64,000 bases of DNA from the human T2T-CHM13v2.0 reference genome, Homo sapiens, in assembly GCF_009914755.1 (NCBI RefSeq), contig NC_060933.1; one strand, 5' to 3'. The notes under the pieces were generated by a model, which was given only the letters and a program-made list of their open reading frames with translations, had not been told where the DNA came from and made no database searches. The translations under genes and the position numbers were made by a program. Positions within the stretch are counted from its first letter, which is position 1; every line of letters starts with the position of its first letter. Shown here piece by piece: positions 53,995 to 64,000 of the stretch.

Positions 53995-54230
53995 TCCCAC
54001 AAATGTTTATTGAACAACTACTATATGTCAGGCATGGGTCTAGTCATAAGAAATATAACATTGAGCAGAAGCATACCTAACCCTTGTCTTTGCAAAGCTT
54101 CTGGCTCAGGGAGATTGGTGGTGGGATAAATATAAATCAAACACTCATTTAAATACATGACTGGAGCTAGAATAAAAAGCACAAGTAGGACTTAAATAAG
54201 TGAAGAGAGAGGGAAGAATGTTTTTGACAC
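53995..54230 (-). mobile_element. L2 3' end
   Basis: acaaatgtttattgaacaactactatatgtcaggca. Confidence 0.65.
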
Positions 54231-54489
54231 AGTAACATAAGCTAATCTATTCTCTTCCTTACTCATAAGAAATGCTATAAATTATAGAGAATAAAAGGTT
54301 GACAAACTAAGGAGGAGTAATATGAGTTAGGAAGGGAGTGTAGCTCTGATGTGTGACCTGGAAGCCCATCCTATTATTGTCATTTATAGCTTAATTCAAT
54401 CTCTCTGAACTTCAGTTTTCTGATCTCTGAGATGGCCCTTCAAGTCCCCAAATAACTAATATATATGTACACAAATCTTCTCTTTCTAT

Positions 54490-54820
54490 CTACACAGCTC
54501 TCCATATCTCTGCTGCTTTGTTAACTCCTATACACCTCTAAGGTTTTCTTCTAAATGCCTCTTCCTCCGGAAAGTTTTCTTTGACCTTCCCAGACTAAGG
54601 TAGATCCTTCGGCTATATAACCTGATAGCACCATGAACTTTTTCTTCTGGTACTTACTATACTGCTAATAAAACGTTTTTTCATGTATATAATTGTTTAA
54701 TGTCTGTCTTTCCCACTAAACCTTATGAAGACAGGGATCTCACCTGCCTTGTTCATCAGTGTACTCCCAGTTTCAGACACAAGTTTGGGCCTCAATAAAT
54801 ATGTTTGGAGTGAACATTGA
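54490..54820 (+). mobile_element. L2 3' end
   Basis: ctcttcctccggaaagttttcttgacc...gtttaatgtctgtctttcccacta...cctcaataaatatgtttggagtgaa. Confidence 0.8.
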
Positions 54821-55378
54821 ATAAAGCCTTTAACACATGCCTGGTACAGAAAATGCCAGTAAGTGGATCTTCCTGTTGTTGTTACATTGCTTGATGTCAG
54901 TGGTACAGAATAACTTAGCATAATAAAAATCTCGGTCAATAATAATAAAGGTTAACTATGACTTAGGTTCACGATGATGGCTTCCTTTTCTCTTGAAGTT
55001 CTCAACTTTTCTACCTTAGTTACCTTCTCAGAGGCAAACGCTACCTGAACTTCTGCCTTTTTTACTGTATTATCTTGCCTCTCCTTACTGCCCAATGCTT
55101 CTTACCTCTGAGTAGACTCTGAATTTCCTGAAGGCAGAAACCACCCTATCTGTTCCAATACTCTAAGTGTTTGGCTCGATAAACTTGTGACAGGGAGTGT
55201 GAGTTATCCAAACTCACCAGTAATTATAAACTGCTATGCCTGTGCACTTGCCCCACACTTTATAGCTTCCAAACACTCAATTAATCCTCACATTATGCCC
55301 ATTTTGTCGATAAAGGAACTGAGATCCACTGATGAAACTAAAGCACCCATACCAAGTCTCATTGCAAATGATTTAAAC

Positions 55379-55695
55379 TAGGAATCTTAAACCTAAATGC
55401 CTTGGAGGACCAGGCAGGTGCTTAGGTGAAAGTAGTGTTCTGGATGATGGTGTGTAGGTGGGAAGGAAGGTGGGATCAGAGGACCCACATTTGAAGACAA
55501 GTGGTTGTTGTCAGTCGCTGGCAGGCCAAGTTGCCAGATACTCATTTTTTTAAAATGAGAAATCTGGATTTTTATGTGAATCTTACCACTTTCCAATGTT
55601 GGCTTCTGATTGAAATTCTTTTAAAGCACATTGCAGTCCAAACAAAACAGCCACGGGCTGAACTTAGCCCCTGGACCACCAGTTTACAAGCTATG
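55379..55695. mobile_element. MER102 (hAT-Charlie)
   Basis: gttgccagat...agaaatctggatttttatgtgaa...ccaaacaaaaca...ccaccagtttaca. Confidence 0.8.
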
Positions 55696-56090
55696 ATTTA
55701 AATTTTAGAATCTTCAAAAATACTTCATATTGCCTTTCACAGTGGGGAGAGTCTCAGAGCTGGGTGACCCTGAGACTCAGTGGTGGCTCCTAGGTTTAGG
55801 CCACTGACTAGCAAAATGACAGAATATAGTAGACATTTAAATGTGCTGACCTGGGAAAATTAGAAGCATATTGCACCCACTCTTAATTTTTAAAAATTGT
55901 TGTAGTCCATGAAATCCAGAAGTCTGGAAACCAGTGGTTTAGCACAACACCCCTGTTCTATGGAAGAAAAGACAAAGATCCAAAGATGTTCATTGGATGA
56001 GCCAAGCATCAAGTCCAGGAGCACTCACCTCCTGTGTGAGGCATCTTGCTTTTCACAGATCTCAGCATTTTCAAGAATATTTACCTTCTG

Positions 56091-56475
<385 letters not shown>

Positions 56476-56548
56476 TCAGTACTTATAGCCCAGGTTCCTT
56501 CTTCATCCCCTCCTGTGAAGCCCTGCTTAAAGGTTCAAAATTGTACTG

Positions 56549-57105
56549 TGTTGAATTAAACTAAATGTCGGCTTCAGGATATCTGTGTATTTGAGTCTTT
56601 ATGTGCAAAATGTTGACTAGCTGAAAAACTAAAGTAGGAGTAGCAGATTTAAGAGTAGCTGAAAGCGTGATTTAGGAGTAGCTGACTTAGGAGGTGCTCA
56701 AAGCCTGACTTAAGAGTAGCTGGTTTAGAAGTAGCCAAAAGCTCCTACTGACTTAGGAGTTGCTGAAAGTGTGACTTAGGAGTAGCTAACTTAGGAGTAG
56801 CTGAAAGCCTGACTTAGGAGTAGCTGACTTAGGAGTATCTCAAAGCCTGACTTGCCACAAGTGGCTGAGTCTCTGTCAATCCCAGCAGTCAAGCCCTAGT
56901 CAATGGCAGGTTAGCTAATTCAAACAAAGCAAAATGCCAAGTTGTAACCAATTCAGCTGTCTCTATACATCACTTTCATTGAAAGTCCATAGTGATCTAT
57001 GTTGCAGCCCCCAAATTTTTTAAACTTGCTGCCCAGTTCTAGAATTGTGAATAAAAGCCAATTCAAATCTTTAAACGAAACTTGTTTTAATTTTGTTTTT
57101 TGACA
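56549..57105 (+). mobile_element. MER57E-like ERV1 solo LTR
   Basis: TG...CA termini; tgttgaattaaactaaat start; caaacaaagcaaaatgccaagttgtaaccaat; gaataaaagccaatt...ttttgaca; 4-bp TSD actg / accg. Confidence 0.85.
56621..56853. repeat. Higher-order minisatellite (8+15+15 = 38-bp unit) inside the LTR
   Basis: [ctgaaagc][ctgacttaggagtag]2, about six units. Confidence 0.92.
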
Positions 57106-57109
57106 ACCG

Positions 57110-57535
57110 GTAACCCACATCTTTTACAAGGACTCCTCAAATCCCCTCAGTTAAAATGATGGGGTGTTTTTTTCCTTCCCCGTACTCCTAAAAGGTATGT
57201 CTGCCTTTCTGTTATAACTAGAGCCTTGTGGAAGAGTTATTTTTGACTTACCTGTTTCCACAGAAAGATTGTGAGCCAATGGTGGGCACACCCGTGTGCT
57301 GTTCAACTCTGCCTCCCTTCCACAGACATGAGCTCAGCACCTTATCTGAAGAAGTTACTTTAAAATACTTACAGAAGCACCTGCTTTTTAAGGGCCTAGT
57401 ATAGAACTGGCACATAGTGGGTGCTTAATAATGTCTTTTGATTGCTACTCCCTTTTAGAACCTAACACAGTTCCCTGGATGTGCTAGACACTCACTAGAA
57501 TTTTCTGAATGAATGAATGAATGAATGAATGAATA
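57110..57535 (+). mobile_element. L2 3' fragments ending in (GAAT)n
   Basis: agattgtgagcc, ctggcacatagtgggtgcttaata, tgaatgaatgaatgaatgaatgaatgaat. Confidence 0.7.
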
Positions 57536-57834
57536 GGAAAACACAGCCATTGTCAGGCTAAACACAGATCCTTTTTTGAAAAACTCCAGGGAACTTCCAG
57601 AGAGTTATAATCTCAGTTCGAATGCCCCCATTGTGAAGTTTGAGTGGTTGTTTGGTGCCAGGTGGTCTCTTGACAGTTGTCTGGGGTGGAGCTGGGACCA
57701 GGCTGAGGCACCTCAGAAGGCCTTCAGTCCCGGGTTGCAAGGCCCTGAGGCTGTCCTTGTGGTCATGAGAGGGAGTGCCTCACTTGCCCTACGGCCCCAT
57801 CCCAGCCCGCCTGAGGTTTGTTGCTGGCCTCTGC

Positions 57835-58195
57835 CTTTTTTTGTTAGGCAGCATAACAAAACACCACTGACTAGGTGGCTTGAACACTGGAAATTTATTT
57901 TCTCACAAATCAGGAGGCTAAAAATCCAAGATCACAGCGTGTGGGAACTTGTTCCCCTTCTCTCTGTGTCTTCACATGGTCATTCCTCGGTTTTCATGCT
58001 ATCTGTGCCCTCATCTCCTCTTCTTATAAAAACACCAGTCACGTAGAATTAGAAACCTCCAACAATTTACTTTAGTGACCTCATTAAAGGCCATATCTCC
58101 AAATATATGGCCCCATTCTGAAGTACTGGGATGGGGAGAGTGTAGGACTTCAATACATAAATTTGGGGGTGAGGGATCAAATTCAGGGCATAACA
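57835..58195 (-). mobile_element. MLT1A0/B-like MaLR LTR
   Basis: cataacaaaacaccactgactaggtggctt...tctcctcttcttataaaaacaccagtca...aattcagggcataaca. Confidence 0.88.
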
Positions 58196-60019
58196 GTGCC
58201 CTCCCCCGCCCCACCAAGCACCATAGCTAACAACTTGTTTTGATCTCTTTGAGATGGTTTCTACCTTGGGACATTTGCAGTTGTAATAAAACCATTAGCA
58301 GTGTCCATAAAAAGCCAGTTAATGCAGACTTTTATGCAACTCAATAGTACTTGCCCCCACAAGAGATAACAAAATCCCTCTTCTTGTCATCCACCCTTCT
58401 ACCAGGCCATCACCCATCTGCACGTCTATATCCTACCTACAGCATCAGGCAAAGAAAATTTAGTATGAGCTAGACATCTCTGATTATGATATATGATTAT
58501 TTGTGATGCAAACAGACAAGAAAAGGGGAGAAAGGCCCAGAATCATTTATGTTGCCCATAAAACACAGTTACAGACACTACCTAGGTTTAAGTGCCCATA
58601 AATTCCTGTAAAAATGACTTATATTATAATGACTCCAGAAATAACTAACTGAAGGATGACCAAATATTTAATTCACTGGTGGAGGTTGTCTGTGGATTGT
58701 GGAAGGTTGGAAGAGAAAGAACTCTTTACTGAGATCATATTCAATTTAGATAACTACTAACTATGTTAAAAATCAAACCAAAAAAAGAAAACCCTGCTTT
58801 TTTTAAAAGTATAAGAACAGAATAGGGAACATTGTGAAGTTGAAGATTTATAGCTCTATGCAGTTCAGAATATTCCAGAAACGTGTTGGCATGCTTTCTT
58901 AGGACATGCATTATAACTCCAGTTGCTCAAGTAGTTCCTGGAATCTCCCCTGTCTTTCCTAGCACTGGAATCACCGCCTCAGTGCTGTTGAGCCTGCCAC
59001 ATTTTGGCAGGAAGGATGGAATGAATTAGGAGGAGAGTAAATACAGTTTGAGATGAGAAGAATGGCAAAAAGCAGGACATATTTGTTGGGTCAAGAAGCT
59101 ATGCCCTTGGAAGGATCAAATCATGCAGGCTCCTTATCTTACAACTTTGTTTTGAAAATCTTTAGGTTGCTGTGCTACTCTGAGCAATTTTCTAAAATGT
59201 ATTCTATTTTACTTTATGTTTTACCAGTCCTTTCTTAAGTTGTGTTTAAAACTGTCTACTGACTTCATATATTTCAGATTATAAAGTTAATTTTCAGACT
59301 TTCTGTTCTTTTTAGAAAATTTATTTTGCTTTTATAGTAGTTTTTCATAATTATTTCTATCTCTATTTCTTGGAACGTATAAATCTTACATATGAGCATA
59401 TATGTTTATATAATGTATATAAATATAATAAGTATTATATAATGTAGCATATACTAATGTGTACATTATAAATGTATATGTATTTAATTTAAACGGTTTT
59501 GTTATCTCATATACTTGGGGTTGTTACCTATTCTGTTTGCTGTCCTTTATAGTGGGTTATTTCCACACGTGATTTTTAATATTCTTGTTGACCTCATTCT
59601 ATATGAAGGTTTTGTGTGTGTGTCCAGGCAGGGGGAAAATTCTAACAGTGGAGCTCTGAGTATAGGGGCCAAGTCTAGTTCTGCTCAAAATTTCCAGCAA
59701 TTATTTAGAGAAGGATAATTAATATCACTTACCTGTTCTGAAATGAAGATTGTATAGCAAGCATAGTTAATACCCTAGACTAGAGTCAGGGTCCCAGAAG
59801 ATTCAATGGGTCAAGTTTAACCAGACATGGGAAAATCGGATACCATGCTCCAGTGATGAAAAGCCACCTACCATTTACTGAACTGGCCAACTTCCTTTCT
59901 CCCCTTGGCATTTGGCACATAGTTACCTTCATGGTCTACCTCTTCACTTTTTAAAAATAAATAGGTCAGACAGTACAAGAACGGATTTCCTGCATTCATA
60001 AAATGAAGTTAGCCCTTCG

Positions 60020-60235
60020 CGTTAACATGGTTAACTGTTGCTAGTTCTTCAGGTCTAATTCTCAATGTCATTTCTTCTGGACAGTCTTCCCTCTTCACTT
60101 TCCTCAAGACTGGAATGAATATCCTTCCTCTATGTCCCCATGGTATCCTACACTTTCCTCCATCATGGAGTTCATTACGGCACTGATGCTTTCTATCTCT
60201 CCCGCGATTCAGTAAAATTCTTAAGGACAAAGATT
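60020..60235 (+). mobile_element. L2 fragment
   Basis: cttcaggtctaattctcaatgtcatttcttctggacagtcttccct. Confidence 0.6.
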
Positions 60236-60254
60236 ACATGTTTAAAATAATGCT

Positions 60255-60560
60255 TTTTAAAATAGCCATAGTATCGGACACTCACTATATGCCAGAAAGC
60301 TGCAATAAGGTTTTCACATATATTTTATCTTTCATAACCTACAACAAACTTACAAAGTCACACATTTTTATCTCTGCATTAAAAATGGTGAAAAGGAGGC
60401 TCAGAAGTCAAGAAACTTTCTCAAGATGATTCAGTTGATAACTGGCAGAGCTGGGATCCAAATCAAGATCTGTCTCCAAAACTTGTATTCTTAATAATGT
60501 TATATATGTGTGTATATATATATATATATAGCCAAATAATATCTATTCCCCCACTGCCTC
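60255..60560 (-). mobile_element. MIR with an internal (TA)n
   Basis: gaggctcagaagtcaag...ctggcagagctgggatccaaatc. Confidence 0.8.
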
Positions 60561-60688
60561 TAGCATGGTATAAAATGCATATTTAGTGAATCAAATCATG
60601 TGAGCTTTTGGGTGCTGAAATTTAAAAGAAAAAAAAGAAAAAGAAAAAAAAACCTTTCTAAATGGAAGGGAGAAAGGGGGAAATACAA

Positions 60689-61146
60689 TGTTCTGATTAT
60701 ATATTGCCGCATGTGAAACTACCCTCAAGTCTTAAAAAACAGCACTTCTACTACAGCTCATAATTTTGTAGGTCAGAAATTTGAGCAGTTTGGCTAGGCA
60801 ACTCCTCAACTCCATCTAGCCCCACCTGGGGTCACTCAGTGGTATTCAGCTGATGGCTGGGCTGGTCTGGAGGACACCTTGGTGGGGAAGTCTGAAAGAT
60901 TGGGTTCATTCAGATCCCTTCTTTCTCTTTCCATTAAGTCTCAAGGTGCTTCTGTGTGGTCTCTCCTGCAGGATAATCATATTTTCTACTTGGCAGTTGC
61001 AGACTCAAGGTGAAATCTATCAGAGTTCTTCAAGGCTGGACTTGGAATGGGCACAGCATCACTTGTTTCTAGGGGAGGAAAATGGACATGCATCTCAGAT
61101 GAAAGAATGTCAAAGAATTTGTAGCTATCTTTATTTTACTACCTAC
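60689..61146 (-). mobile_element. MLT1H-like MaLR LTR
   Basis: gctcataattttgtaggtcagaaattt, ggggtcactcagtggtattcagctgatggctgggctggtctggagg, ggcacagcatcactt. Confidence 0.8.
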
Positions 61147-61199
61147 GGTGAATTAAATGACAAAGGAGAGCTGTGCAGTAAGAAGAGACCTTTGAATTG

Positions 61200-61490
61200 A
61201 GGATCCGCAGGGCTTCTCTCTGGGCTATATCAGGTCCCTCATTATATTTTCTCACAGCCCTCTGATCTTCTACAGTCTTCATCACCGGGTGTGTAATATG
61301 TTCCATTTGACATTACTTGATTAGAGTCTGTTTTCTTCTCTGGACTGTTGGCTCCAAGAGGGCAGGGAACATTTCCATTCTGTATGCCACTGTACACTCA
61401 GCAGTCAGCACAGAGACTGACACACAAAGGGAACTTAAAACACAGTTGTTGGGTGGGTGGATAGATGGGAAGAGGGATGCATGAATCGTT
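61200..61490 (+). mobile_element. L2 3' end
   Basis: tggactgttggctccaagagggcaggga...gatgcatgaat. Confidence 0.65.
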
Positions 61491-61614
61491 CTTCTAGCCA
61501 CTGAACTGGATGGCTATGCTTCAATTCATTCTTTGTCAAAAAATGATCTTTGAGGTTTCTCTTAGCCCTGACATTCTGTAGTTCACCACCTGAGGCATAT
61601 ACAATGACTGGAAG

Positions 61615-62190
61615 GAAAGCATGAGCCAATGATGGGATAAGGCTGCCAAGAAAGCTAATGGGATCTCAGGCTCTTATGAATGAGATTGCTGAGTCCAGGA
61701 CAGTGTCTGCTGCACAGTGTTCTGGCCTCTAACTGGAAACCACCTCTGCTTCTGGGCACAGTACTTTTAGAAAGATAATGACAAAGTATAAGCTGTCCAG
61801 AAGTCACTATACTGGTAGGTGAAGGGCCTAGATGTCGTAGAGAAGTTGAAAGCCTCAGGATTATTTTTCCATAGAAGAAAAGTCCTAAGGCTCATCACAA
61901 ATGTATTCAAATGTTCAAGTGGTAGCCTCAAGGCAGAAGCTGACTTCCTCTGTGTAAACCCCAGACTGCAGAACTATGACTGATGAATGAAAGTTATATG
62001 AGGAGAAATTTTGGTTCAACAGAAAAAAATTTATAAGCAAGAAGTTGCTTGATAAATACTGTAAGGTTTAAAGGAGGCATGCATCCTCAAACACCAGAAG
62101 TATTCAAGAAAATAGTCTCAGTGCCTAAATACACAGGCTAAAGAGAATCAAAACACAACTAATGATTGGAAAAGATGGCCCATGCTGCTA
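61615..62190 (+). mobile_element. L3/CR1
   Basis: ggctgccaagaaagctaatgggatctcaggct, ttctgggcacagtacttttagaaagataatgacaaa, ccagaagtattcaag. Confidence 0.75.
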
Positions 62191-62357
62191 AAGTACAAAG
62201 CTAGGTGGTATTTGTGGATTTGAGGCCAGAGGACCAGGGTTCCAACTACATCTCTACCACTTTGACATGATGTTAGGCACATGACTTTGTCTCTTAAATA
62301 AGAGACTCCTGAGAATTAAATAGAATCATGCATATAACTACCTAGTATATCAAGTAG

Positions 62358-62698
<341 letters not shown>

Positions 62699-62859
62699 AA
62701 TAAATGGTAGTTTAAAAAAATTATTTCTGTTAGTATTATTACATGAAAGGAAAAAGAAAGGAGAAAGAAAGCATTTCCCAACATCTGCTTTAAGCCAAAC
62801 CATATATATATATATATGTTTATGGTTTGGCTTATATACATATATAAACTTCTTTTCCT

Positions 62860-63000
62860 ATTTACAAATTCTCCATTTGCAAATGAGAAAACTGGGACTC
62901 AGGGAACAGAAACAGTTCACCCAAAGACACACATATAGGAAGCGGTAGAGAAAAAATTCAAACCCTGATATTCTAACCACAGAGTCCAATTTCTTAATAA
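62860..63000 (-). mobile_element. MIR
   Basis: ctccatttgcaaatgagaaaactgggactcaggga. Confidence 0.7.
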
Positions 63001-63424
63001 ATCAGTCTGTATAGCACTCTACAAGTATGCCTTCTTATCCTAATAACATCATTTTCATTAAATGTTACACAAGCATTTGTCCTGTTTTCTCCACTAAGCC
63101 AGAACCTTTGTAGGACAAGGACTTTTTCCATATTTTGTTTGTATTCTGTGTCTCTAAGTAAGTCCTTAAATGCCTGAAGGGTCTTAATATTTCTCACAAA
63201 CTGTAATTTTGCTGCAAATTTCTTTCTAGAGAAGATAATTCCTTATAATATTTATTTGGGGCTGTTGGTTATTAGGCATTGAAAGCATATTCTCCAAACC
63301 ATAACTATTTTAATATTTTGAGGGTCATTCTCACTCTGTCAACCCAATCTGAGTATGCAGATATACCTCCCTCCAAGTTGATCTGTCTGTGCTGCCAATT
63401 CAAAGCCTGAGCAATTAAAGGTAA

Positions 63425-63595
63425 TTTAAGGGATGCCAGCTTGCCTATTGCTAATCATGTGAATTTGGGCAAGTTATTTAACAGCCATAAACTCCAGTTA
63501 TCTTATTTGTAAAGTATTTATTATAAGCTGTCTCGTAATAATTTTATGAAGATTAAATGAGATAACACAAGAGAGGTAAAACTGTGCTTTGCAAA
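63425..63595 (+). mobile_element. MIR
   Basis: atgtgaatttgggcaagttatttaac...atgaagattaaatgagataa. Confidence 0.8.
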
Positions 63596-64000
63596 TTTTT
63601 TTATTTTCCTTCTGGGCACATAAGTAGTTTTTATTGCCCAGGCTCTTTATATCTAAGTAAGGGCATTGGTACCTAAATCTAGCCAAAAGAATGGGGCAGT
63701 TGTGACATAGGCCATTTCTTCCCCTGGACCTCAGAACTTTCTACCCACTAATCCTTCCCTAGTTATCAGTTAGATGTTTAAAAAAAATCCAGGGAAGGAC
63801 TCTAAGGTCCTGGAAGAGGTCTGAGATGAAAGATGTCACTCAGATAGAGAAAAGCTGCTCCAGCCATATTGGACTGTGATCACTGTACATAAATGTTTTT
63901 TTTGGGGATTGTTTACTACAGCAACTAGTATTTCTTGCCCCCTGGCTTACACAACTAATAAATAAATGCACCTAGCATGGTATCTGCCACATAATACTTT

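Noticed and set aside
53518-54080. 152-aa ORF and other ORFs over simple repeats (36316, 39066, 39151, 35134)
   Set aside because: Open frames are helped by stop-free microsatellites; no recognisable domains or supported exon structure.
56621-56853. CRISPR-like look of the repeated ttaggagtagctga motif
   Set aside because: There are no unique spacers and no cas genes; the context is a primate LTR. It is a minisatellite, and not telomeric TTAGGG either.
57576-58046. Longest ORF in the window (156 aa)
   Set aside because: Starts at a non-ATG codon, runs into an MLT1 LTR and resembles no protein I recognise.

Overview
This is primate, most likely human, non-coding DNA. It is AT-rich, CpG-poor and dense in old interspersed repeats, consistent with an intergenic region or a large intron. 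I find no credible protein-coding exon, RNA gene, CpG island or CRISPR array; the longer ORFs come from L1, Alu, LTR or simple repeats. Repeats recognised by eye: five Alus (four with clear TSDs), many L1 fragments (L1PA, L1PB, L1MA, L1MB, L1MC, L1ME/HAL1-like), numerous MIR, L2 and L3 relics, LTRs (MST, THE1, MLT1, MLT2, LTR16, MER57E-like), hAT/mariner MITEs (MER81, MER94, MER102, MER112-like, MADE2) and several STRs. Subfamily names come from memory of consensus sequences and need RepeatMasker/Dfam confirmation. The most unusual signals are fold-back and templated-insertion scars. (1) A 113-bp hairpin at 40371-40483 has a loop that is a 30/31 copy of sequence 1.37 kb upstream. (2) An unclassified 98-bp hairpin at 15086-15183 has the same 38-bp arm geometry. 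(3) A perfect 24-bp inverted copy of MIR sequence sits inside an L1 at 34401-34424. There is also a higher-order 38-bp minisatellite inside an ERV1 LTR and a tiny TSD-flanked poly(A) insertion. I cannot show a new biological system from the sequence alone; these look most like DNA-repair or template-switch products, or an unannotated MITE.
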